From an uncultured delta proteobacterium (GTDB lineage: Bacteria > Desulfobacterota > Desulfomonilia > Desulfomonilales > Desulfomonilaceae), in the NCBI GenBank assembly GCA_963789265.1, contig CAWBKB010000001.1, positions 96,001 to 160,000 on the forward strand: DNA of 64,000 nt, written 5' to 3'. The stretch's first letter is position 1. Every line of letters begins with the position of its first letter. The position numbers and the translations under genes are program-made. This document shows, piece after piece, positions 1-11,744 of this stretch. Below the pieces are notes generated by a model. The model saw only the letters and a program-made list of their open reading frames with translations. It made no database searches and was not told where the DNA came from.

Positions 1-209
1 AGTTAAAGTTCGTAGGCTATTAGTGATGTCAGATGCCTCCCTGAAGAGGCAGATAGTCGTCACAATCCGCGATGCCCACCGCGCTACATCCTCAAGATTT
101 CAAGGCTTATCTCTGGTCTTCGTCCTTGGCACGCTCTTTGCTCTTCCTTCTATTTTTTGGACCTTTCATCCGGGGGCAGCGTCTTTCCCGCGTCTCCAAG
201 GAGTTCAAC

Positions 210-1208
210 ATGCGTCTTCCAAGGTTTGAGCTTCTACAGCCAAGGTCAGTGGCAGAAGCTGTCGAGTCTTTGGCACAGCATGGATTGTCAGCCAAAGTGG
301 CCGCCGGCGGTACGGACCTGTTCCCGAGGATGAAATACGGGGTGGCCCGTCCGGAAGTTCTCGTGAGCCTTAAAGGTGTGCCCGTGAGGAGTCCCGCTGT
401 TAGTCCCGACGGTTACCTGTCTATCAGTGCCTTGATGAGGCTGACCGATGTCATAGGCTCTGATGTGGTGCGGGAGAAGGCTCCGTTACTGGTTCAGGCT
501 GCACTTGCTGTGGGATCTAATCAGATTCGCCACATGGGGACTTTGGGCGGCAATCTTTGTCTGGAGAACCGTTGCGTCTACTACAATCAGAGCCACCAGT
601 ACCAGTTTGTCGAGCCTTGTTTCAAACGGAACGGCAAGCTCTGCTATTTGATGCCTCAGGGCAAGAAGTGCTGGGCTGTTTCTGCTGCGGACACGGTTCC
701 GGCCCTGATATCACTGAACGCTCAGTTGGTCATTGAAGGTCCGGGAAATAACCGCTGTCTACCCCTGGACGCACTCTATGGAGGTGATCCTTTGCGTCCT
801 CTCACTCTTGGTCCCGCTGAGGTGGTGACGGACGTTAGAATCCCTCTGGCTCCAAACGGTCGTCGAGCAGCTTTCGCCAAATTCTCTCAACGCGGAGGGC
901 TCGAATTTGCTCTGGTGAACGTAGCCGTCGTAATGGACCTCGCTGACGACAGACAAACATGCCTTGACGCGAGGATAACCGTTAGCGGAGTCTCTTCCGG
1001 GCCGATCAGGGCAAAGAAAGCGGAGGCTGCCCTTCTTGGACAAAAGATCTCGCCGGACCTTTTCCAGGCGGCGGCGGCAACGACGGCAAACGAAATCGTA
1101 CCCATGCCGCGTTTTGAATTCTCTATGCCGTACCTGAGGAAGTGCGTTGAGGTTCAATCACGGGACGCCTTGGCGTTAGCCATAGATGAGTCGATCAGTA
1201 ATCAGTGA
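210..1208 (+). CDS. Xanthine-dehydrogenase-family FAD subunit, 4-hydroxybenzoyl-CoA reductase beta (HcrB)-like
   Basis: AAGGTDL and GTLGGNLC FAD motifs; Cys-rich insertion RCVYYNQ...CFK..GKLC....KCWA typical of the [4Fe-4S] insert of HcrB; ATG at 210 follows AAGGAG. Confidence 0.85.
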   Translation: MRLPRFELLQPRSVAEAVESLAQHGLSAKVAAGGTDLFPRMKYGVARPEVLVSLKGVPVRSPAVSPDGYLSISALMRLTDVIGSDVVREKAPLLVQAALAVGSNQIRHMGTLGGNLCLENRCVYYNQSHQYQFVEPCFKRNGKLCYLMPQGKKCWAVSAADTVPALISLNAQLVIEGPGNNRCLPLDALYGGDPLRPLTLGPAEVVTDVRIPLAPNGRRAAFAKFSQRGGLEFALVNVAVVMDLADDRQTCLDARITVSGVSSGPIRAKKAEAALLGQKISPDLFQAAAATTANEIVPMPRFEFSMPYLRKCVEVQSRDALALAIDESISNQ

Positions 1209-1242
1209 CAGCGGGCCGCACCCCGGCTGAGGGAGATGGAGT

Positions 1243-1739
1243 ATGAAAAAGCTAATAGAGCTTTCTATTAACGGTGAACGCTACGAATTGGCCGTGAACT
1301 CTCAGGTTACTTTACTGGAGGTGCTCCGGGAGCACCTTGGGTTAACGGGGACGAAAGAGGGATGCGGTACCGGAGAATGTGGTTCCTGTACGGGTACTAG
1401 CGGACGGAAAGCCCATCCTCTCATGTCTGACCTTGGCCGCGGAATGCCAGGGCATGGCCATTACCACCATAGAAGGACTTTCGCAGGAAAACGTACTCAC
1501 ACCTGTCCAGGAAACATTCTTGGAAAAAGGAGCCGTTCAGTGCGGGTTCTGCACTCCGGGCATGGTGACTCTCTGTGACCGCGCTGCTCCAGGAGATCAA
1601 CAATCCTACCGAGATAGACATAAGAAAAGCGCTGGAAGGAAATCTCTGCAGGTGCACAGGGTACAACAAAATCATAGAGGCGGTGAACGAGGTGGTCCAG
1701 CAGTCTTGTTGTCAGGCCCACGAGGAAAATCAGACATGA
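1243..1739 (+). CDS. 2Fe-2S subunit (HcrC/CoxS-like), split by two apparent frameshifts
   Basis: [15 protein letters not shown] in one frame, [11 protein letters not shown] in a second, GNLCRCTGY in a third; stop overlaps next ATG (ATGA 1736-1739). Confidence 0.8.
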
Positions 1740-4070
1740 AAGAACTCGATTACGTCGGCAAACGCGTTCTTCGCAAAGACGGCCCTGAGAAAGTCACCGG
1801 GAAGGCCCTATATACCGCGGACATCCACCTGCCCGGAACTCTGGTGGGTCGGATACTTCGCAGCCCGCATCCGCACGCCCGCATCATAAATGTTGACGCC
1901 TCCAGGGCCCGCGGCGTGCCCGGAGTCAAGGCCATCATCACAGGGCAGGACACGCACGGGGCAATGCACGGATTCGTGGAAACCCCCAGGTACCCTCCTG
2001 ATCAGGTACTGTCTGGCCCTAGACAGGGTTCGATATGTCGGTGAGGAAGTGGCCGCTGTTGCAGCCACCGATGAATACGCCGCTGAGGAAGCTATCCGCC
2101 TGATAGACGTGGAGTATGAGCCTTTACCGGCAGTATTCGATCCCTTTGAAGCTATGGAACCGGGTGCTCCCGAGATTCATCCGCGACATCCCAAAATCAC
2201 CGACCCCTTTCCCAACATTGCGGGGAAGACTGAGTCATCATGGGGCAACGTAGAAGAGGGCTTCGCGCGTTCGGATTATGTGACGGAGGGACGTTTCGAG
2301 AGCCACCTCCGGACACACGGGTACCTTGAGCCTCAGTGTACACTGGCGAGCTTCGAGCCTAGCGGCAAGCTCAACGTGTGGACATCATCCCAAGGGCCTT
2401 TCATCAAGCGTGCCAAGCTCGCCAGAGCCCTGAGGTTGCCCCAGTCGACCGTCTGGGTACACAAAGCATATGTGGGCGGGGCCTTTGGCGGGAAAATCGA
2501 TCTGTTTGCTCACGAGTATTGTGCCTGCCTGCTCTCCATGAAAGCCGGCCGTCCGGTGCTGATCGTGGCCTCGCGAGAAGAGATCTTCTCAGTGTACCGT
2601 CATGGCCAACCACTCTGGACAGAGGTCAAGACTGGGGTGAAAAAGGATGGGACAATTGTGGCCCAGCAATTCAAGGTAGTCAATAGCTGCGGTGCTTACC
2701 GCGGCAGCGGAGTGGTAGTCATCTTCCTGACCTGGGGATTCGCTATGCTTCCCTACCGCGTAGCTAACCTCAAATGGGACGCATACACGGTATACACGAA
2801 CAACCCGGTCAGATGTCCCCAGCGAGGCCACGGCGCTCCGCAACTACGCTTCGCCGTCGAGTCGCAGTTGGACATGATTGCGCAAGAGCTTGGCTTGGAT
2901 CCCATTGAAATACGACTCAAGAACGCTCGTCAGCCTGGAGAGCAGCTTCCAAACGGCGACAATGTTCATAACAGTGGGCTTGCTGAGTGCGTTCAGAAGG
3001 CAGCCGAGCATACTCGTTTCAAGGAGACATACACTGAAAACCGGTCGAAGTCCTCTTCGACGGACCGATACCGCAGAGGCATTGGCATAGGGGTAAGCGC
3101 CTATTTCAGTGGCTCTCTCATTTATCCGAACAGTTCGTCCGTGGTTGTGAAAATGAACGACGACGGTACCGTGACGGTGTTGACCGGATCCATGGATGTC
3201 GGGCAGGGTGCGGAGACGATTGTTTCTCAGATCGTGGCCGAAGAACTCAAAATTCCTGTGAACGAGATAGAGGTGATCGCTGGCGATACGGAGACCACGC
3301 CTGTGGATATCGGCTCATGGATAAGCGGCCATGCGTACGTATCCGGCAATGCTGCGAGGGAGGCCGGGACTCAGGTGCGCAAGAAGCTCTTGGAGATCGC
3401 GGCAGACGAGATGGAAGCCAATGTCAAAGATCTCATTGTGGAAAACAAGAGCGTCCACGTCGTGGGATCTCCAGACAGACGGCTCACCTATTCGCAATTG
3501 GTGGCTGCGAGCATCCGCAAGAACCGAGGTGAGCCGATTTCTGCCGAGGGCCACTGGCGGACCATGCGGGACGAACCCATGCATCCGAGTTTGGCCACGA
3601 CCAAAGGCCGGTGGAGCGAAAACTACGCGTTCGACGCCCAAGTAGCCGAAGTGGAAGTCGACACTGAAACGGGCCTGGTAAGCCTTCTGCGCGCGGTGAC
3701 GGCCCACGACTGCGGCTTTCCGATAAATCCCTTGCTGGTCGAAGGACAAGTTGATGGCCAGGTGTCCATGGCTCTTGGACATGCGTTCATGGAACAGGTG
3801 GTCATGAAGGAAGGTCGAACCGTTAACCCGAATTGGCTCGATTACCACATGCCATGTATCCACAATATGGCCGTTTCGGAACACATCGATGTGATCACCG
3901 AGAGTTACCAGGTAGGAGAACCGTATCGGACCAAAGAGGTAGGAGAGGGTCTCGTCTCAGCTATATTGGCGGCTATCGCCAATGCGGTTTACAACGCGGT
4001 GGGAGTGAGGCTTGATTCCACCCCCTTCACCCCGGAGAAGATCTTACGAGGGCTGGGTAAGATCAAGTGA
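1736..4070 (+). CDS. Molybdopterin-binding large subunit (HcrA-like), one frameshift near 2003
   Basis: [12 protein letters not shown]...[10 protein letters not shown]-terminus joins frame of ORF 1890-4070; [33 protein letters not shown] motifs. Confidence 0.85.
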
Positions 4071-4155
4071 CATGGGTCAACGTTGATGTCTTGATGTTAA
4101 GCGATATTTCTCAGATGTCACCCCACTGCATGAATACACTTACAAGAGGTCAAAG

Positions 4156-5475
4156 ATGGAAGAGGTTACCTACTGGCGCAAAGAAATGGAAACCCTCGCA
4201 AGAGAAAAACTTGCCGAACTGCAGCTCAAACGCTTCAAGGAGCGCATGCAGTACGTCTACGAGCGCAGTCCGATGTACCGGCGCAAGTTTGACCTGGCGG
4301 GAATTAAACCGGATGACATCCGCACCCTGGATGAAATTGAGAACGTTCCATTTACCGTGAAAGAAGAGCTTCGGGAGAGTCAAGCCGAGCATCCTCCGTG
4401 GGGAGATTTCATCTGCATTGACCCTGAACAAGGAGTCAGAGTATTTCAGACCTCCGGCACGACCGGGATTCCGGTGAAAGCCATTCTGAACAAGAAAGAT
4501 TGGACCGTTCATTACTACGAAGAGTTCATGCATTTTATGTACGGTTACGGCATAAAGACGTCAGATATTCTTTTTGTTCCGTTCAATTTTGGACTGCACA
4601 TTGCCTGGTGGGGATTTTCAGCCGCTTTAGAACAGGAAGGAGTCATGATCGTTCCCGGAGGAGGGCAATCTTCACAGGACCGCGTCAGGAACATTTTCGA
4701 GTGGGGAGCTACCGTCGTGTGCGGTACACCCACCTATATGCTGCACCTCGGAGAAACGGCCGCAAAAATGGGGCAACCATTAACCGAGTCCAAGGTGCGC
4801 ATCGTGGTCACGGCCGGGGAACCGGGTGCAAATGTGTCCGCAACGAAGAGAGCCATTGAAGCGCTCTGGGGAGCCAAGTGCTATGATGATCTGGGATCGA
4901 CGGAGGCCGCCAATTTTGGCTTTGAGTGCATTGCCCAAAGGGGAACTCACTTGATCGAAAGCCAGTTCTATGCGGAATGCTTGGACGTGGAGACGCTACA
5001 GCCGGTGAGCCCGGGAGAAGTGGGAGAACTGGTGATCTCGAACTTGTGCTGCGAAAGTATGCCACTCTTGAGGTATCGGATAAAAGATCTCGTGCGCTTC
5101 AATCTCGAGCCGTGTGAGTGCGGAAGAACCTTCCTGAGACTGGACGGTGGAGTGCTCGGAAGATCTGACGATATGTTCCAATACGTCGGCGTGAACATCT
5201 TTCCCTCTGCTATTGAAAATCTTGTTCGCGAAGTTGATGAATTCTCCAACGACTACCAACTGGTGGTTCCCAGGATGGGTAGCGGCAAGCGCCTGACGAT
5301 CCGTGTAGAACCGGCCCAATCTGACATTCCCGTAAAAAAGCTCGAGGAAGCAGCCAACAGACTTGTCGACACAGTGAAATTCCGTATCAGCATCACCCCG
5401 GCAGTGGAAATCGCAGTTATAGGTGAGCTCCCCAGATTTGAGGGCAAGGCAAGACGGGTGATCAGGGAGGAGTAA
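4156..5475 (+). CDS. Phenylacetate-CoA ligase (PaaK) family aryl/acyl-CoA ligase
   Basis: TSGTTG P-loop, AGEPG, PLLRYRIKD, GRSDDM, GKARRV. Confidence 0.85.
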   Translation: MEEVTYWRKEMETLAREKLAELQLKRFKERMQYVYERSPMYRRKFDLAGIKPDDIRTLDEIENVPFTVKEELRESQAEHPPWGDFICIDPEQGVRVFQTSGTTGIPVKAILNKKDWTVHYYEEFMHFMYGYGIKTSDILFVPFNFGLHIAWWGFSAALEQEGVMIVPGGGQSSQDRVRNIFEWGATVVCGTPTYMLHLGETAAKMGQPLTESKVRIVVTAGEPGANVSATKRAIEALWGAKCYDDLGSTEAANFGFECIAQRGTHLIESQFYAECLDVETLQPVSPGEVGELVISNLCCESMPLLRYRIKDLVRFNLEPCECGRTFLRLDGGVLGRSDDMFQYVGVNIFPSAIENLVREVDEFSNDYQLVVPRMGSGKRLTIRVEPAQSDIPVKKLEEAANRLVDTVKFRISITPAVEIAVIGELPRFEGKARRVIREE

Positions 5476-5584
5476 CGGTTCCGCTGTTGCCGAAGAAAAG
5501 GTTCCAGTTGCCGGCGAATGTCACCTGCATGAGGAAAACGGACGAACCGAAGTTCGGAAAGCATCTAAAACAGAGGAGGTTAAA

Positions 5585-6784
5585 ATGAGCCGCAGATTTT
5601 TAGCGATTGTGCCATTGTGCCTTGGGTTGATCCTTTCTTGGGCTGCGCTACCGGCGGTAGCCGCCGATGTGCCCGAAGCCATCGTAATTGGAGCAACTGT
5701 TTCTCAAACCGGGCACTTCTCCTCGGAGGTAGGGCCATTCAAACGACTCATGGAGGCATGGGCCAAAGTGGTCAACGAAAAGGGCGGTATCAAACTGAAA
5801 CAATACGGCAAGAGCCTACCCGTGAAATTCGTGATTTATGACGACGCTAGCAATGAAGCCACCACCAAGAAGTATTACGAGCGTCTGGCAACGGTTGACA
5901 AGGCAAACCTCCTCCTGGGGCCTTACAGTAGTCCTTTAACCTTTGCGGCCAGCACGGCCGGTGAAAATCACAAGATCCCATTCATCGCGGTGTGCGCAAA
6001 TTCCCAAAAGATCTATGCCAGAGGGTTTAAATGGCTGGTGGGCGTCATAGATCTCGGCCCTCGTTACACCTACCGTTACTGGGAGATGATCAAGGCGGAA
6101 GGCAAGGCCAAGACCGTTTCCTTCGTCGTCGAGGACACGCTTCATCCTCTCGACGTCTTCGAGGGCTCGAAGAAGCTTGCCGAAGCAGCCGGCCTGAAGG
6201 TTCTTACGAGTGATGTAATCCCAGCCGACGCTCGAGATTTCACCCCGGTCATCACGAAGGTCAAGAAAAGTGATCCCGACATCGTGTACGTATCCTCCAA
6301 CATCCCCTTCGCTATTAACTTCATGAAACAAGCCAAGGAGATGAAGCTCAATCCTAGGGAGTTTCACTGTATTCATCACAGCGGGGTTTTCCGAGACCCG
6401 CTTGGCGATGTGGCGGACTTTGTTGTCGGGCAATCGTATTGGGTAGAGGGGATGAAGCTGGGTGATTCCGCGCTCATCGTTGATCTGCTCAAGAGAGCGA
6501 ACATCTCGGAACCTATGTACCCATGGGCACCTGCGTATGTAGCAGGCTTCCAGATAATCCAGGCCGCTCTCGAGAAAGCAGGGACTCTCGACAACGAGGC
6601 CGTTATGGCTGCTCTGAAGAGTCTCAAGTTGGAAACGGTGCTTGGGCCGGAACGATTCCACGAGACAGGTTATGGCTCGATCAACACGTACCCTTCACAG
6701 ATACAAGGCAAGAAGTGGGTGGTGATCTGGCCGAAAGCCGTTGCCACAGGCCAACACGTCTACCCCCGACCGATGTGGAAATAG
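5585..6784 (+). CDS. LIV-type ABC transporter substrate-binding protein
   Basis: Signal peptide; VNEKGGI, YDDAS, LLGPYSS motifs; upstream GGAGG. Confidence 0.9.
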   Translation: MSRRFLAIVPLCLGLILSWAALPAVAADVPEAIVIGATVSQTGHFSSEVGPFKRLMEAWAKVVNEKGGIKLKQYGKSLPVKFVIYDDASNEATTKKYYERLATVDKANLLLGPYSSPLTFAASTAGENHKIPFIAVCANSQKIYARGFKWLVGVIDLGPRYTYRYWEMIKAEGKAKTVSFVVEDTLHPLDVFEGSKKLAEAAGLKVLTSDVIPADARDFTPVITKVKKSDPDIVYVSSNIPFAINFMKQAKEMKLNPREFHCIHHSGVFRDPLGDVADFVVGQSYWVEGMKLGDSALIVDLLKRANISEPMYPWAPAYVAGFQIIQAALEKAGTLDNEAVMAALKSLKLETVLGPERFHETGYGSINTYPSQIQGKKWVVIWPKAVATGQHVYPRPMWK

Positions 6785-6816
6785 GTAGGGTTCACCAAGA
6801 ACGGGAAGGGGCGACA

Positions 6817-7690
6817 ATGCTGTCCGACGTAATTCAGCTTTTGGTCGGGGGCCTGTTGCTGGGCGGCATCTACGGGCTTGCCGCCTTCGGACTGTCCATA
6901 AGCTTTGGGGTTTTGAATATCCTGAACCTGGCTCATGGAGAGTTTCTGATGCTCGGTTCTCTGGCTGGCTATTCAGCATTTGTGACCTTAGGCACAAACC
7001 CCTTCCTGGCGGCCGTGCTAATTATTCCTCTCTTTGTGCTGATCGGGGCGGGCTTTTACGTCCTTCTGTTGAGACCCATAAGTGACAAGCCCCCCCACCA
7101 ATTGCTGGTGTCTTCCATACTGGTTACTCTAGGGGCTTCTCTCGCCATCGAAGACTTGACGGCATTCTTCTGGCAACGACCAATCACGGGTATTGAATAC
7201 TCTTTGCCTCCTTTAGAGATGGGCGGGGTAGTCGTGTCTTCGCTCAGGCTTCTGATTCTGTTGTTCATTTGTGTTTTGGCTGTGGTCCTCCAGGTTTACC
7301 TGAGGCGAACCTTTATCGGTCGGGCCATCCAGGCCCTTACACAGTGTCGCGAGGGTGCCAAGGTTGTGGGTGTTCCCATCGCGCGGGTTTCAGCGGTCAC
7401 CTTTGGCCTCGGGGCAGCACTTGCAGCTTCTGCCGGCGTCTTCTATGCGACGCTGTTCACGGTCACTCCGGTGATCGGAATTCCTCTTACGGTCAAGTAT
7501 CTTTGCGTGGTGGTGCTGGGTGGCCTGGGAAGTCTGGTGGGATCGGTGGTCGGGGGTCTCATATTGGGCCTGGCTGAAGCGTTTACAGCCTACTACGTGG
7601 GATCCGAATGGTCGCCCTGTGTCCCGTTTGTCCTGTTGATATCAGTACCTGATTATCAGGCCTTCCGGGCTGTTCGGATCGAGTGTATGA
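6817..7690 (+). CDS. LIV-type ABC permease (LivH-like); 1-bp indel near 7645 artificially fuses it to the next gene
   Basis: GLSISFGVLNILNLAHGEF, VVLGGLGS; the alternate frame restores IRPSGLFG and a TGA overlapping the next ATG. Confidence 0.85.
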
Positions 7691-8652
7691 ACACGGGGCG
7701 GTACCGAATATCTCTCCTTGTGGGCGCATGTCTTGCCCTGGCGATTCCCGCTGTCCTGCCGTGGCTGGCAGGGTCTTATCTTCTCGTGTGGGTGTTCCTC
7801 CTTGCGGTATACCTTACGCTGGCTGTGAGCTACGACATCGTGGGCGGTTCCATGGGATACATGAACTTAGGGCACTCCACCTTCTTTGGTCTAGGCGCCT
7901 ATACGACCGTCATACTGCTTAACCAAGGCCACCATCTGGGGTTGTGTCTTGCGGCTGCTGCTGTCGTGGCCGCGGTCTTCGCTGCGCTGGTGAGTTACCC
8001 CATTTTTCGCCTGAGGGGCGCTTATTTTGCCTTAGCCACCTTTGGTCTCATCAGCCTGATGGGCATTCTGGCAAACAATCTCAGGGATCTAACAGGAGGA
8101 GCGGGTGGAATTTCAACTCCTTCCGGAGATCACACCGTCACGTCATATTACCTCTCTGTGGCAGTTTCCATAGCGACGGTGGTCCTAAACCTGGGACTCT
8201 CACGATCTCGGTTTGGGCTCGCACTGCTAAGCATTCGCGAAGACGAAGAGGTTGCCCGTGCCCTGGGTACTCCTACGAATTTCTACAAGAGTCTCGCCCT
8301 CGTTGTAAGCTCCGTACCCGCCGGCTTGATAGGGGGGGTATATGTCTGGAATGTGACATACATCAGCCCTTCGGCGGTTTTCGGGCTCGACATAGCGTTG
8401 AGTCCCATCGTTATGGCTATGTTGGGAGGAACGGGAACCGTAATGGGCCCGATCCTCGGCGCGTTTTCCCTCACCCTACTACAGGAATTGCTGTGGACAC
8501 AGATTCCTTACCTCCATTTAACCATGTATGGGATGGTTATGGTCCTGGTGGGTCTGTTTATGCCGGGCGGTTTGGTGAGAACCCGACTGTTCGAACTCTT
8601 CATTCAGCGCTTTGTGCCCGGAGGCAAGGCGCATTACCAGGGAGAACCCTGA
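7687..8652 (+). CDS. LIV-type ABC permease (LivM-like)
   Basis: GYMNLGHSTFFGLGAY, RLRGAYFALAT, SIREDEEVA, MLGGTGT. Confidence 0.88.
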   Translation: MNTGRYRISLLVGACLALAIPAVLPWLAGSYLLVWVFLLAVYLTLAVSYDIVGGSMGYMNLGHSTFFGLGAYTTVILLNQGHHLGLCLAAAAVVAAVFAALVSYPIFRLRGAYFALATFGLISLMGILANNLRDLTGGAGGISTPSGDHTVTSYYLSVAVSIATVVLNLGLSRSRFGLALLSIREDEEVARALGTPTNFYKSLALVVSSVPAGLIGGVYVWNVTYISPSAVFGLDIALSPIVMAMLGGTGTVMGPILGAFSLTLLQELLWTQIPYLHLTMYGMVMVLVGLFMPGGLVRTRLFELFIQRFVPGGKAHYQGEP

Positions 8653-8677
8653 ACCGGCAGAGAGTTGTGTAGCAACA

Positions 8678-9430
8678 ATGGCGACTGTCCTGGAATGTCA
8701 GAACGTATTTAAACTGTTCGGCGGGGTCGTAGCTCTGTCAGACATAAACCTCCGGGTAGAGGAGGGTCGGATACTCGGTATCATCGGTCCCAACGGTGCG
8801 GGCAAGACTACTCTCTTCAACATAATTTCCGGAGCGCTTACGCCCACCAAGGGCAGGGTTTTCTTTCATGGTCGAGACATCTCCGGGATCGGAGCGAATC
8901 GGATCTGCAGGCTGGGAATCGCTCGAACTTACCAACTCGTGAGACCTTTTGCTTCCCTGACGGCTTTGCAAAACGTTCTCATCGGCGTCAGCTTCGGCCG
9001 AGGTTCTAGAGCACGTCGCGGCCAGCGGGTGCCTTTGGCCATGACCGAGTTGGAGTTCGTAGGATTGGCGGCAAAAGCGAACCAACCAGCCGCAAACCTT
9101 ACGTTGGTCGAGAAGAAACACCTGGAAATTGCTCGAGCCCTCGGCACAGATCCCTCAGTAATTTTACTGGACGAAGTGGTCTCAGGCTTGTCCCCGGGTG
9201 AAGCGGCGCACGTCATTGACACGATTCGGGAGATTCAGCGGCGAGGGATCACCGTTGTCATGATAGAGCACGTCCTGAGAGTGGTGATGGAGCTGTGTCA
9301 TTCCGTATTGGTATTACATTTTGGTGTACAACTCGCCTATGATCGCCCGGAAGCCGTAGTCAAAGACAAACAGGTTATTGAGGCTTATCTTGGCCGTGAC
9401 GAACCCACATCCGGAGGACCGAGTGCTTGA
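8678..9430 (+). CDS. LIV-type ABC ATPase (LivG-like)
   Basis: GPNGAGKTT, ARTYQ, LLDE, IEH, VIEAYLG. Confidence 0.92.
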   Translation: MATVLECQNVFKLFGGVVALSDINLRVEEGRILGIIGPNGAGKTTLFNIISGALTPTKGRVFFHGRDISGIGANRICRLGIARTYQLVRPFASLTALQNVLIGVSFGRGSRARRGQRVPLAMTELEFVGLAAKANQPAANLTLVEKKHLEIARALGTDPSVILLDEVVSGLSPGEAAHVIDTIREIQRRGITVVMIEHVLRVVMELCHSVLVLHFGVQLAYDRPEAVVKDKQVIEAYLGRDEPTSGGPSA

Positions 9431-10127
9431 TGTCGTCAATCTGAACGTTAGCTATGGGCCGCTACACGTCTTGTGGGACGTGTCGTTGACGGTGAAGGAG
9501 CGGGAAATAGTTGCGCTCCTCGGCTCCAATGGCGCGGGTAAAACCACGACACTCAAGACGATTCAGGGACTTCTTCGCCCATCCTCCGGCCAGGTACACT
9601 TCATGGGTGAAAGCGTTCATCAATTGGCCTCACACCAGGTGGTAGCGCGCGGTTTGTCCCTTGTGCCTGAAGATCGGTTGCTATTCCCGGAAATGACCGT
9701 TCTCGATAATCTGGAACTCGGTGCCTTTCCCGCTGGAGCACGTCAGAAACGTCAAGATACGCTTGACTGGGTGTACCAATTGTTCCCGCCCGTTTTCCAT
9801 CGTGCGAAGCAGAAGGTTAAGACCCTCTCGGGTGGCGAGCAACAGATGGTGGCCATTGGACGGGCCCTCATGGCGAAACCTAAGTTGCTTTTGCTGGATG
9901 AGCCGTCGCTGGGCTTGGCTCCATTAGTGGTAGCCGAACTCTTCCGGACGGTGAAACAAATCAATCGCCAGGGCATCTCGGTCCTCCTCGTGGAACAGAA
10001 CGTGAAAAAGAGTCTCGAACTGGCGCACCGTGCATACGTGCTGGAAACGGGTAAAGTAATACAGGATGGTCCGGCAAGAGACCTCTTGAACGATCCCAGA
10101 GTCCGAGAAGCGTATCTAGGCGTGTGA
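9423..10127 (+). CDS. LIV-type ABC ATPase (LivF-like)
   Basis: GSNGAGKTT, LSGGEQQM, LLLDEPSLGLAP, VEQN. Confidence 0.92.
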   Translation: MLDVVNLNVSYGPLHVLWDVSLTVKEREIVALLGSNGAGKTTTLKTIQGLLRPSSGQVHFMGESVHQLASHQVVARGLSLVPEDRLLFPEMTVLDNLELGAFPAGARQKRQDTLDWVYQLFPPVFHRAKQKVKTLSGGEQQMVAIGRALMAKPKLLLLDEPSLGLAPLVVAELFRTVKQINRQGISVLLVEQNVKKSLELAHRAYVLETGKVIQDGPARDLLNDPRVREAYLGV

Positions 10128-10928
10128 TGCTATAGTATGCAGTTCTGAGAATTTCGACAGGGCCAAAGGTGCAGAATCCCGACGGCATCGATGATCCCGT
10201 ACATCAATGGTCGCGGGGTCAGGGGACATCAGTGATAACCGGGATGATTCTAGGTAGTTGGATCGCTCACGCGTGTCGGCTAATGTCGAGGGCCATTGCA
10301 GCGACTTGTCTTGTCGGCCCAATATGGGCTTCAAAACGCCCCGCGAATTGTGAAGCCTGCTGCGGGTCTATGACCTCGAACTAGGGTCTATCTTTTCCCG
10401 CGAATATTTAAGATAAGATCCCTCTCTTTTGACTCCCAGCTTATTGTGTCCCACCGAGCCACAGATCTTAATTTCTTCGGGACGAAGCTGATAGTATTAA
10501 CTTTAAAGTGTATGCTATTGATATACCAGTATAATTTGCCCACAGCTACAGGCCGGGGAAAAGCCCAAGGCGTGTTACGGCGCTTTAGAAGCCTCCCCTC
10601 AAGCCTTCGACAATGAAAATCGACACCGTAGTCGAGAGCTGCTCATACGATTCCTCCGGGGTGCCTCCAAACCATAGGCGCCAATGGTACAACACATTTA
10701 CGCCCTACAGCGAGTATGAGTTGGCTACAGTCCATGTTTAAAAGGAAATGTGATCTATCCAGTGCACCACGGCTGGGGTTAGAAGGGGCCGTCGTGCACT
10801 GGATCGACCTTTAACCTGGATGAGTACAAATTGGACGAAGAACCCACGAGGACGTTAAGGGTCATATGACAAGAGGAATATTCTGGTTATGGACCGCCGC
10901 ATCACTTTGGTAAACCATAAAGGGAGGA

Positions 10929-11247
10929 ATGAACATGAGATTCTTGTTTAAAGCTTCAATTCCTGTTGAAGCAGGGAACAAGGCAGCAAAAGAAGGCCGC
11001 CTGGCTAAAATTATCGAGTCAATTCTCGGAGATTTGAAGCCCGAAGCTGCCTATTTTCTGGGTGATAATGGGGAGAGAACGGCTTATATCTTTTTCCAGA
11101 TGGAGGATGGTTCCGAAATTCCGAAGGTGACAGAAACCTTGGATGCTTGCGTTAGATGCCAGCATCGAGATGCATCCGGTAATGGCACTCGAGGATCTGA
11201 TGAAAGCTGCGCCTTATATAGATGAAGCCGTTAGAAAATATACCTGA
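10929..11247 (+). CDS. Small conserved hypothetical protein (DUF3303/GYD-like), frameshift near 11135
   Basis: Strong GGGAGG RBS; KPEAAYF..DNGERTA; the alternate frame continues PWMLALDASIEMHPVMALEDL to a stop at 11247. Confidence 0.6.
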
Positions 11248-11744
11248 ACCAGAATTAGACGGCGGTCTTGCCATTGCGGGGGTGTTTGGGCCGATGCCCG
11301 GTCGCGGGAAGGTTCATCGGACCCCGAAAAGGCTCCGCATCTGATCTCTCAAGGCCCGACAGATAGAAAACCGTCGTCAAGTCTATACAGTTGACATCGG
11401 AGCCACATGCGCTAGAAAGTAGCCGTGGCACGTGTTTGTGAATCAACACGCCATTCTCGGTATCATCGCTGAAGCGATGCGATCAGCGGGATACTGAGGG
11501 AGAATGGCAAAAACGGACCAATGCCAAGAAAATAGACGTGACCCCACGCATCGTGTGTTGGAATTGCGTATAAGGACAGGGGTGGTCTTGAAGTGCCGCC
11601 AAGCGCTTGCTATTTTCAATGCACGACCGTATCGACGCGACTTCAATGCCCTGAACCCACGTGTCTGGAGGGAAGGGCGAGAACTGACAGTGTCAAGCCC
11701 GGACACTATACATAGTGCACAGGCCGCACTGCATGGAGGTGAAG

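Noticed and set aside
6523..8652. 709-aa LivH-LivM fusion ORF
   Set aside because: One indel near 7645 restores the normal IRPSGLFG end and the ATGA stop/start overlap of two separate permeases
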